Part shown: positions 37,009-49,138 of the stretch, in pieces
How the letters are laid out: the number at the start of each line of letters is the position of its first letter
How positions within the stretch are numbered: position 1 is the first letter of the stretch
NCBI GenBank assembly: GCA_032718475.1
Contig: JAUCBJ010001346.1
Location: 16,475-80,474 of the forward strand
DNA from: Nemertoderma westbladi
Taxonomy: Eukaryota; Animalia; Xenacoelomorpha
Direction: 5' to 3'
Length of the DNA stretch: 64,000 nucleotides
Notes under the pieces: generated by a model
What the model saw: the letters and a program-made list of their open reading frames with translations, nothing else
Databases searched by the model: none
What the model was told of the DNA's origin: nothing
Position numbers and translations under genes: made by a program

Positions 37009-40000
37009 ATGAAGGGGTTCCAACAGACTGTTCAATTGTTAAAGGGAACAGTAAGGGAGAGTAGGTTAGAGCTGCAAGAAGTACAGCAAAATATCGCTCT
37101 AGAGCGCGATAAATTAGTAAATATACAAATGGGTATACCACCACCCCCTGTAACAATGTGTCAGCCCATTAGGTCTGAAGTATTTCATGCGCAAGGTGTG
37201 GAGCCTACACGCATCTATACTGCTAGCGAAGTAGAAACTCCGATCGTAAACCCTATTAAGGGTATTAATAAGCATGTTGATAATGATATCCCATAATGAT
37301 CTGATAATAATCCGAGGAATTTATATACCAATAATTCGATATTAAATAATACGATGGCTCAAGAAAGTTTTACCCGTCAGATGGCTAGAACTGAAGCCCG
37401 TCAAGCGGTAAAAGTGGGAGAGGTCGTCAAGTTCAATGGAGATGAGATGAAATGGTTACCTTTTAATGAATATTACAAAGATAACATACAGAACTCCGTA
37501 CTATCCAATGGAGAGAAACTACGATTCCTCATCGAGTGCTTGGAAGGACCTCCCAAGTCCCGGACGGATTGAGACAAGTTTGGGATACATTAAACATCAG
37601 GTATGGTAACAGGACTAACATAGCTAGGTATCTGTATGCGAAATTAGTAGTGCCCCGAAAGTTTCTTAGCAGCGGGATTATAGAGTTTTCAGATAAGATT
37701 CAGGAGATCTGTAGACAGCTAGACTGGTTAGGTAAGTCTCAGGAATACCAGAGTTCTATGGTTGTTGGAGCCGTAGCATCAACTTTGCCAAAGGGTGGAG
37801 TAGGTACTCGCTGGGACAAAAAGGTTCTCTATTTGATGGACCAACAACATAGAGACCCTACCATGGCTGATCTCATGTCGTTCTTAAACGGAGAGGTAAG
37901 ATTACAGCTCCTAAAACAGTCTAGCGAGAAGACACCAGAAAGTAAGGTAAGTGAAAAACCCGTTACTAGGAGAAAGGTAACACCAGTGTGTTATACAGAT
38001 GATTGCGAAAGCCAAACGTCATATGACGAGAACAGCGGCAAGGACACCGAAAGATCTTATTATGTCAACAAAGTTAGGAAAGACGTAAGTAAATCTAAGT
38101 CTCGAACCAGTGACAGGAGAGAACAGGTAACAACTCCCCCTACATCTCCTGAGAGAATTCATGGAAGGAAGCCCGAAGAAAGAGCTAGCATACACAACAC
38201 GATGCAGGTTAAGGTAAGTAACATCAAACCTAAGTGTGTATTGTTTGAGTGGGTGTGATGAATTCTTAAAGAAAACATTGAAGGATAGACGTGATGTCAT
38301 GTGGGGTAAACTGTTGTGCTATAATTGCCTCAGGCGAGGACATCAACGAAGAACCTGTTACTCAGACGCGAGGTGTGCTAAGTGCGGCGTGAAACATCAT
38401 ATCTTGCTGCACACCGAGTTTGATAGGACCCGTATGAGTCAGGTAAGTGAGCCCGAACTACATGTCCAATTCAGTGATGTGAACGACACTGACCACAGTT
38501 TGGAGATGGAAGGATTCTACACTGATGAATTCTCAAACGAAAATGAATCCTGTTATATGATCAACACAACCGTGTATCGAGCGCTTACGTATGAGACCGA
38601 AACGGAGAGAGAAGATCCTCGATTGTCTATTCCGGATCGACAGCCCTCTTGGAAAGCGCCAACATCTTCTGTCGGTATCCGAGAATTCCCGGTGGTGCAA
38701 CTGAGGGTCCATGGGATGGGGAAGGGTTTAATAGTGAAGTACAGGCACCTTTATCGACAAAGACCTAGCCGAAGATATCTTTGCTGGTCAACCAAAGTTC
38801 CGAACCAAACTGAACCTTTCCGGAATTATGTAGGTTTGGAAATCCACAGTATCAACAGATTACTATGTGGGTTCATTGTCCACTCCCCAAGATGAACTCG
38901 GAGAAAATAGTGTAAGGTCAGTCAAGATGGTAGCAATAAAGAACTTTGCTACTAGCCAAGTGGAGCCTTACAACTGGGACGAAGATCATTTTACCCAGCA
39001 ATACAACATACCTAGATTCAGTACCGATTATCCAGGGGTACAGATTTTGCTCAGCCAAAATGCGCACGAGGCGCTTGAGACATTAGAAAAATGGCCTGCT
39101 CGACCGCGACCACTCCAGACGTATGAGGGAAGAACAAGAGTAGGTTGGTACTTCTCTGGACCTTCCCATAGGACTTTACAAGAAAGACTCCCGAGTGAAC
39201 AAGTCCACCAGGTAAATAAGTGGGGGGAAGATATAAGTGAAGAAGAAATTCCAGCTGAGGAAACTCCATACTCCTCAGATAATGACGACATATGTAATTT
39301 ATATGACGAGGAAAATACTATTGAACTCCTCACTGAGAACCAAACTTGGTTAAACCAGGTCAACTTATGTAACCTTATCAGTCAACATAGCGAACAATTG
39401 ACGTATGATGATGAATTAAATGAAGCGGTAGAGCGGTATAATAGTAAAATACGCGATGAACACACCGTACGATTCTTTACTCAAGAAGCGGTAGAGCCTA
39501 ATTCCTACAACAAAGCATTATTGGTCGAGGAAGAGAGAGCCAAGCAGATTCAGGAAACGACCACACGTTATCTGAAAGATGAAAGTCGTTACGAGATTGG
39601 TCTGCCGTTCCGACGGAGAGAACCCAGCTTCGTGAATAACCGACCTTTAGCGGAAAGAAGAATCGCGCAACTTCATCGGCATTTGACGGCTAACGATCGA
39701 GCCAAGGAAATGTATAGAACTCAATTGAAGAAATTTATAGACAAGGGATATGCGGAGCGAGTTCCGGAAGAAACACCCATAATGGAGAGAACGTATTATT
39801 TGACACATCATTACGTTCCCAAGCCTAGTAAACCAAACGAAGTCCGGGCAGTGTTTGACGGCTCCGCCCTTTACATGGGACAATCCCTGAATTCCGAACT
39901 GTTGCTGGGACCCAACTTACTCCAATCTTTGTTGGGAATATTAAAACGACTGCGGCAATATTCGATCGCCTTCGCTTCGGACGTTGAAGGAATGTTTCTA

Positions 40001-43000
40001 CAAGTCAAAGCGTTAGCTAGGGATTGAGACAGCCTACGATTTCTGTGGTGGCCTGAAGGAGACCTCAACCGACAACCAGTGGAGTACTGGATGACAATCC
40101 AGGCTTTCGGGATCATCTCGAGCCCCTCGAATGCTTGTTCGGTAGTGCGTACCACTGCCGATGACAACAGAGACGCCTTCTCTAAAGCGGTTATCGACAA
40201 CATCAAACGGGATATTTACATGGATGACAATTTAAAGTCCCTCTCATCGGTGGAAGAAGCAATCGATGTTGCCAAGGGAACGGTAGAGTGCTTACAACGC
40301 GGTGGATTTCGCCTAACCAAATTCACTAGTAACTCACGTGAGTTCCTGGAATTGATACCAGTAGAAGACCGAGGTGTTAAAGACCTGGACCTCATTAAGG
40401 ACGATCTTCCAGAAACCAAAACTCTTGGATTAAAATGGGACACGGAGAGAGATATTCTATTCTTTCAATTGAAGCAACGAGATAATCCAGTCAGAACTAA
40501 ACGGATTTGTCTAAGTATCCTGAGCACTTATTTCGATCCGTTGGGATTCATTAGCCCAGTCATACTAGTTGCTCGGAGCTTAGTACAACAAATGTGGCTC
40601 GAAAACCACTCGTGGGATGATCCACTCAAGGGAGAACTGCTAAAGAAGTGGATGAAATGGGAAGATTCTTTACCATCTATCGAGAACTTTAAGATTTCCC
40701 GCTCATATTTCAGTCACATTCTCCCCACGTATTCCTATCAACTCCATGTTTTTGGAGACGCCAGCGATATGGGAATAGGTATAGTAGCCTACCTGAGGGT
40801 TGAAACTCCCGATGGAATTAAGGTTTCATTAGTCGCCTCTAAGGCCCTAATAAACAACAAACTACGAGTTCCCAGAGCGGAGTTAAAGGCGGCTCTATAC
40901 GCTACAGCCATCGGCCGGAATGTAACGAGAACAGATCGACTATCCACTAGAGAAAACTGTCTATTGGACTGATGCTTTACTCGTTCTGGAGTATATAACT
41001 AATGAAGTCTGTCAGTTCAGCGTCTTTGTTACCAACAGAGTAGCCATTATACTCAGTCGCTCTAATATAGATCAATGGAGACATTGCCCTGGGACGATTA
41101 ATCCAGCTGACATCGCTTCCAGAGGAGCAACTCCTCAAGAATTGATAGATACTCCAGACTGGTTAGGTGGACCCGACTTCCTGAGTAAAGAAGAGGAGGA
41201 ATGGCCCCCTCATCTCACCACGGCGGAGATCAGACAAGCCAAGGGAGCGGAGAAAGTCAAACCGAAAACCCGGACGAGTAAATCAAAGTTATTTAAACCA
41301 GTGATAGATCTGTCTGTGCTACATGCCTCCGGTGACGATGCTGTGGATCTAAACTCACCCAAGGATGTTACCCGAAATACAAATAAATCCGTTATAGAAA
41401 TCAGGGAAAGAGACTGGAAATCTGGAACACCAGATGTCTCGCGAGGACTCTCTCCTCTCCTACAAAGAGCGATAGATCATTACAGCTCCTGGAATCGGCT
41501 TTGCAAGGCCATTGTGTATCTGAAAAGATGTTTCCATCATCACTATTCCAGGATGAAGATCGCTAATGGTACCGCTCCAGTAGTAGCTGAAAAGGTCCAT
41601 GCTACTAAAGACCTTCCCACTTATAGAGTGTCTGACAGGTTTCTGACCGAGAAGATCAGTTACCAAGAACATGATGATACCAATCAAGCAGCTACTGAAA
41701 CTCTTGCAATGTTACGAGGATTCCGATAAGTATTTCCTGTTGTTGAGAAATCCACAGATGCGCTTAAGGGATCGTTTCTCTAGCACAATGATAGATGGGT
41801 TAATACGTGTCGGAGGGAGATTAACCAATGCTCCATTGTCCTTTGACACTAAGTTTCCCATACTCATTAGAAATCTTGAAATACAAATCAAGATGATTGT
41901 AGATTTTCACAGTAAGCTTTACCATGCTGGTAGAGAACAAGTTCTTAGCGAAATTCGAACTCGCTATTATTTCCATAAGCCCCGTAGAGCTCTAAACCAA
42001 GTTCTTAGGAACTGTATACCCTGTAGGAAAGCATTTAGTAGGCCTTTAACACAGCGAGAGGCAGAATTACCTAGGGAACGAGTAAGCTGTTATGAACCAC
42101 CCTTTACTAATACTGGTGTGGATTTATTTGGCCCTATTGAAGTATATCGTGCTAGGACTACAGTCAAGCGATGGTGCGTCATCTTTGTCTGTATGACTTG
42201 TAGAGCGATCCATCTAGATATGGTGAACGATCTATCTACCAACAGCTTCATACTGAGTTTACGCCGACAAATCGCTCGTTTTGGGACTAGCAACACTATG
42301 AGATCGGACAAAGGAACTAATTTCATTGGCGCCAATAACGAGATCAAAGCTTACGTGAAGGATTGGAACCAATGACAGGTGGACGATCAGCTAAGAGTAA
42401 CAGCATCTAGCTGGACCTTCAACGCCGCCGACGCCCCTTGGTGGGGAGGAAGTTGGGAGAGACTCATACATAAGCGTAAAGACCGCATTTCACTTTATAG
42501 TGCCGTGCCGCACATATCTCACCAACGAACTTTTGCGGACGTTAATGGAAGAAATCGCCGCCTATCTCAACGAGAGACCGCTTATGCCAGTCTCATCTAG
42601 TCCCGACTCCCTAGAAGCGCTAACACCCGCGCATTTCCTACTTAAGAAACCTGTAGCCATGCTCCCGCAATCGGAAATAACAGACGTAGACGAATACTGC
42701 CGACAAACTTGGCAACTTATGCAGTTATTATCCCATCGTTTCGCTGACCATTTCGAAAAACATTATCTTCCTACGCTACAACTTCGAACAAAATGGTTTG
42801 CGCAGCAAGAAAACATCAGCGCCTGAGACATGGTCCTTATCGTGGAATCAGATCTTCCACGTAAGAGGTGGCAGACAGGTCATATCATCGAGACTCATAT
42901 ATCCGATGATGGTTTAGTGCGATCGGTAGAACTTGTCGTCATGCGACGTAACTATAAGAAACCTGGGATTGTGTTCGAAACACAACAACTTAATTGCCCA

Positions 43001-43087
43001 GTTGGTCGTTTATGTTTACTGGAAAGAGACCAAGAGATGTTCGGTAACTATGGAAGGCAAGAGACTCTTCCCACGACCACCTCCTAA
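37009..43087 (+). pseudogene. BEL/Pao gag-pol (Gag with Cys/His knuckles, protease region, RT, RNase H, integrase), about 10 stops or frameshifts
   Basis: CYNCLRRGH..C, CAKCGVKHHILLH, VRAVFDGS, SDVEGMFLQV, YMDD, LHVFGDAS, HCPGTINPADIASRG, GVDLFGP, SDKGTNF, APWWGGSWERL. Confidence 0.95.
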
Positions 43088-43854
43088 TCCAACAAACATC
43101 TAGGGACTCCTCAATGTAACAACGTTTGGAGTGGGTGTGTGACTACATTATTTTATTTTTTTTATTTTTATATTTATGTATGTATTATTATGTAATTTTA
43201 TTATAATTGTTTTCTTTAATTTTATTTAGTAGAATAATATTTTAACGATTATTCAGTAGATTAGTGCAATATATTCGTGTTTATTACTTAATTACTTAGC
43301 ATAATATATTTCGTTTAACGGCGAGAAATAATTCATTTTCTCTTTCCTTACTGTCCGTATCATACTATAAATACGTGACTACAGTAAGATGAAATGTCCG
43401 TACTTATTAAAAGTACAATACCGCCCCTACTATACTCAAGTATTATTGGTAAGTAGAGTATTAGGAATGCAAAGTTCAGATCCTCGTGTCTCGGCTAAAC
43501 CAAGCTCTGGGTAGACCTTGGAAACAACTTGCCTCTTCTCACTGACATTGCTTCTTGCAATATTGCTCTCATACCGTATCTTAAATAATACGTATAGTAG
43601 AATGATTTCCATTTAACAGTAGCGATTGAAGTGCAAAATATTTGTTAAACAAATCTGTTAATCAATCTTCAAATAAATCTGTTAAACCCTTTGACCATCT
43701 GAAATTCTAGTCGATTAAGATATCGCGGCACCCACCGATATACTTGAAAGACAAAATTCTAGAATCAGTGGTTAACGTCCCCAGACATGTTCTGGAATAA
43801 ATAGGTGCCCATCCTAAATATTAAATATTTAATAAATATTTACAATGTTTGTTA

Positions 43855-45890
43855 TACTACTACTACTACTAGGATCGGCATGCGCATTACAGCTGCATTT
43901 TTAAGAATGCTGTGCCGGCTTGTCAACAAAATTGCACTGCCACAACTCCCTATCACCCATGACATTTGCTAGATCATCCGCATCTTCAAGGCCAGTGTCC
44001 TTTAAGATGCGTCTCAAGAAAGTCATGGGCTGCTCACCATGCTTATTCACTCCATGAGGCTGCCAAAGTACAAGATTATGCACTGGCTGGTCCTCACGGC
44101 GAAAGCAATGTCCTGCAAAGCGGAGGCGATTTTGTAATAGTGTCAAGCTTGGGGGAACCAATGAGACACCTGCAATGTTATATAGTGTCTGGTTGGAGAT
44201 GTGTGCATTGTACTTGACACAATGAACCCGGCGTAACATTCTTGTGAATGTGCCATCCAGAGATTGGGTGTCCTCAGCAGTTAGAGCCCAGCATGGACTC
44301 CCGTAGAGGAGTACTGGAACTACTGCTTCTCTAAATAATCGGACCTTAAGTTTCCGATTAATTCTCGGTGACTTCCAAATCCTGGAAAGCCTATTCAAGG
44401 CTGCCCATGCCTTTCCCTTACGTATTCGAAGGTCCTCACCTGACTTCCGGATCCATGATCCCAGGTAACAGAAGTCGTCCACATGCCCAAGCATACCATC
44501 CTTTGAGCTTATGCTCATCCGATCAGAGACTTGCTGAGGACTTTCAAAGTTAACTGTCAAAATTTTGGACTTTCTGGAGTTAATAAAAAGACCAACACTA
44601 GAAGCAGCATGTTCTAATGAGCTGAGGAGCCGTTGGGCTCCCTCTAATGATTCTGAGAGTACTCCTAAGTCATCAGCAAAGTCTAGATCAGTTAGGTACT
44701 TGGTAGGATTTCCTCGACTTCTGGAGCCAGTAGGTGGAGTTATCATCACCCCATCATCATTATGATGATCTAAGGACATGCGTAGAACATAGTCAACCAC
44801 AATAATGAACAAGAATGGTGCAAGTGTGTCTCCTTGGAGGACGCCCCATAACACTTCAAATGGTTATGTGTCACCACCGTCAACAGTAGACACAAATGTT
44901 GTCGAACCATCGTATACTGATCTGATTGCTGCAATAATTTCATCAGGAATCCCATATAATGAAAGTATGCTGAACATACGTGAGCGAGAGACTGAATCAA
45001 AGGCCTTGAAGAAGTCAACAAAGATAACAGCCAGATGCCTGTCTTTCTTTTTTGATAATTCTTCAATTATCCTTCTAAGTGCCAAAATGGGCTCCATGGT
45101 CCCACGACCTTTACGGAACCCATTCTGATTTCCATGGAGCAGTCTCTCAATGGGATCCCTGATGCGATTTAATAAAATCCTATTGTATAGCTTTGCAGCA
45201 ATCGAGATCAATGAGATTCCCCGAAAAGAACCATAGAGTGTTAGGTTGCCCTTCTTGGGAACTGGCACCAACTTATTTGTTTTCATTTCTTGTGGGACTC
45301 TCGTTGTTCGGTACATGTCTACTATGATGGGATAGATGAGCTTTAAACACTCAGGTATTTTAAAGACCTCAGGGGGAACACCATCTACTCCACTGGCACG
45401 ATTGGTCTTAATGCTCTTTGCAGCAGCCTTCACTTCTGCAAAGGAGATATCGCCAATGGGAATATCTGGGAGTACAGACTCAGAAACTTTTACTTCTATA
45501 AAGTTATCAGGCAATACCCTGTCATTATTGAGGAGCTTTTCAAAGTGGGCTTTCCAACCATTGAGGCGATCGGCTGGTGATTCAGCCTTAACCTTGGTGG
45601 TTGGTTGGCTTTTCCGCCCAGTAAGCAAATTGATCGATTTCCATGCCTGGGATAATTGCCTGCTGTTGTCAGCATCATTGATGGCATCAACCTGTTGGTT
45701 TATTAGCTCCTGTAGATTAACAGAGTACTGCCTGTTCAGGGACCTAGATGCAGCCTTAACTGCATTCTTGGCCGCTGTAGTCTGTTTGAGTCGGGACTCT
45801 TTCTGCGCCTTATGAAGGTCATTTCGGCACTTCTGAATTTTGTTGTCAGTCCAGGGGGCCCTTTTCCTGTTTCGAGGGTATACAGGAACT
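43855..45890 (-). mobile_element. 5'-truncated RTE-clade LINE nested in the BEL element
   Basis: PKKG..FRGISL, QNGFRKGR, FVDFFKAFDS, GVLQGDTLAP and DFADD motifs, (TAG)n tail at 43855-43871, one frameshift near 44860. Same family as 20160-21216. Confidence 0.95.
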
Positions 45891-46865
45891 GAATAACAAA
45901 TGTTAAAATAGAGAAAATTATAAATTAAATCTGTTAAACCTATAGATCCTCTAAAATTCTAGTCGATTAAGATATCGTAGTACTTACCGATACTCTTAAA
46001 AGGCAAAATTCTGGAATTAAGGATCCTAGTCCCCAGACATGTTCTGGAATAAAATTGTGTCTATTTTAATATCAAATAATAAAATTCACGGGAATAGATT
46101 TTGAATTCATATCCTCTCATGAATTTAATAAATTGTCATTTTATACAATGTAAAAACATTCCCAAAATTCAGTTAATTAATAGATCTTGGGAGCGGAGAT
46201 TCACCCTATTAAGTATATCAGTGTGAGAGAATCTCCAGTGTATAGTCAATAGCATAAAATCATGTATAAGGGGAATATTGACAATTAAAGAATCACTATT
46301 AAATAGCATCCCAGATCTGTATGCATGAGAAATACCCTAATTCTACCGCTAGCTTTGCATAATGTCACCATAGTAACAACCACGCTAGAATTAGAAGTGA
46401 GTTAAAAGAACAATAGAAAGCTTGCCCCATTGAATAGCATGCGGAATAAATAGCACCTTGCTAGTATCTAGGGATACATAATAATAACGTGGCATTCTGG
46501 AAGGCATTTGACTAACGGACAAATGGCCCTAATTTGTACAAATTGTGGCAGGAATGTGGAATTTGTATATTTATAGGTGAATGTTACTACTAAAGTGTGT
46601 TTACAGTAGCGAGTCGCAGTTGTGAAAGTTACCCTGCCTCTGTAGCAAGTACCTCCAGTATATCCAAGCCCTTGGGACGGACAGTGGAGTGACTCGCGCT
46701 GTTTATTGCTGTCGTTGTGTAGCTACTACATTGGCGAGAGGCACAGCGATGACAGTACATCAGCGCTGAGGATCTCACGCTGTCTGGGGGCACAGAGGGG
46801 GAGGCAGCGACGACCGCTAGCCTGATTATTATTAACTCTAATATGGATAAACTCATATAGCAGCT

Positions 46866-48335
46866 ATGACTGAGTTGATAGAAGATGATCTTGGTATCAG
46901 GGAGCGATATACCCTACCACTGAAAGCGTTTGTTGATAGTTTGATAAGCGGTGACGCTAGTCAATATACGACGGAAGACGATGGCCGTTATATCGAACCT
47001 CCCATGTCAAAGGAACAGCTCAAGCGTGAATTGGACTATAGAAAATTAACCGCTCGCTATACGCATCGTAATGGTATGTATATGGACTTCTTAACTACTG
47101 GTCATCCTATCGATTTACACAATACGGAGATGCAGATACTTATACTACGCATTATCTGAAGTATAGCTATTTACCTAACGCAAGCGAACGCGCAACTTTA
47201 TGGCATCCAGTGGGTATGACCATAGAAAACGCCACCAAAGAGTGGAACGAAACTCTTAACGTTATCGAAATGTATGGAGTTGTCACTTACGATAACGAAG
47301 GTAGCGTTCCGGTTGGAGAACTGGGAACTACTCGAATGAGACACATACGAGGACTGGCGGGTTCTACCCATGTATTTACTCGAGCGTGTTCCGACGTGAT
47401 CGATTATTCTTTTGAGACTCTCACAGAGATACAAAAGAAACTCCGACATGGACAATTCGAACTCGCGCAACGTTATGTTATCAATACCGAGCGCAAACCG
47501 GCCATGGGTATAGATGGATCTATGCTACCCCAGCCAGTGCTCGAGATGCTGTTTGACGAGAGAATCCTTAAAATCGTCTCAGCTGTTTATGGAGATCTCC
47601 AAAATGACTTCAGAAACATGGAGAATATCCCATGTCCTTTCGTAGACACCCAGCTGATTGCACCCTGGGCAGAAGGCCGAGGTTTCTTCCGAACCATGTA
47701 TGCCAACACATCAAGCGGAATCAATAAAGTACAAAGAACCTCTATCAGACATCTTGCCTTCCAAGAATACGGATGGAATTTCAAAGTTGGAAATCCTGTC
47801 AGTCATCAACAAATATATGGAGACCACTATTCTAAATTATATTTTGACGGACCATTAACCGCACCTGGAGTCGTCTATAGCTTTATGAGTGTTCCACTCC
47901 GTCCCTCATTAGATATATATACTATCTTCGAGAACGCCACACTTGCCGGTTGGCTAGCCGATGTGTGCAGTCGCACTATACGCGCTCATCCCTTAGTGCT
48001 TGGAACCAAACTCGCCAAGCTAGATGAACACAATAAATTCATCCGATTCGAATGCTTTAGGCGCTTTCTGACTCCGTTCCGCAACATCGATAGTCAGTTC
48101 AAGGACCGCGCTTTGACTAAGCTCAGCTTAAGAGACTCAGCTGCTGAGAAGTTGGACAGCGCTGGATTCGCTATTTTTAAGGACGTTTGTATACAGAACC
48201 TACATTAATCTGTCATACAAAGATCCCGAATTCCCACCGGTTATTCTATTGTGGAAGTTCAAACAGTGGGTTCACTTGAGGAAACAGCTGCGCCTATCTC
48301 AGCTATGCAAGTGGAAGAAGAACCAATTTGCTTGG
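46866..48335 (+). pseudogene. BEL accessory ORF2, 5' part: DEDDy-type (WRN/EXD/RNase D-like) 3'-5' exonuclease domain
   Basis: ExoI VVTYDNEG, LPQPVLEMLFDERILKIVSAVYGD (ExoII), FVDTQL, SIRHLAFQEYG, PLTAPGVVYSFMS (ExoIII position). Frameshift near 47118, in-frame TAA at 48206, frame then open to the Gypsy TSD. Confidence 0.72.
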
Positions 48336-49138
48336 TGTTACAGGGCTGCACGGCATTTCTGCAGTGTGAATTCCAAAGATAAAGAAATGAGTTATTTCAA
48401 CATCAGTCAAAATATTTATTCGGCAGTTAGGCCTACTTAGTTAGTTAGGCATTGCAACAGCAACAAAATACATAACCCCAGCAGACAGACAGACGAACCT
48501 ATATATATATATCTAAATATAAAACCGTACCGGTATCGGCATATCTACACTCCCTGGCTCTTTCTAAACATCACCCTTCTATCCCATTCCACAAAAATCA
48601 TACAGTACTATATATGGGTCAATGATAAATAAAATAGGGTGGTCCCCTTATCATATTACACAGTCACCCCGCCAAGAAAATGGTCATCGTCCCTGATGAT
48701 GTAAAAAAAATACAGTTTTAAAACTATACAAAAACAAAAACTATATAGAAACACTAAAGCATTATTAAATCACGTCTGATTAGGCTTCAACAAAAAAAAC
48801 TGTGTCTCAGCTTCTATAAAAGTCGGATCACCACTGAAACTTGACAATCGATCTAATTACTAACTGGCCAGGAAAGCAATCTAAACATCGATATCAAAAA
48901 CAGTAAATAGCATTCAAATTAATGCTACTAATATATCAGTCCACAAACTGAAAGTAACCCTTCTAATTAAGAATATGAAATATTCCAAATTGAACAACAT
49001 GTAAAGCAATATTATTTCAATCGCCATTAAACAAAGATAAATAAAAAAAAAAAATGCCAACTTTGGGCAATATAAAGATATACAAAAACCTAAACTCTAT
49101 AAACAAAAAACGAACAAGTTTTTAAAAGTTTAACAAAC

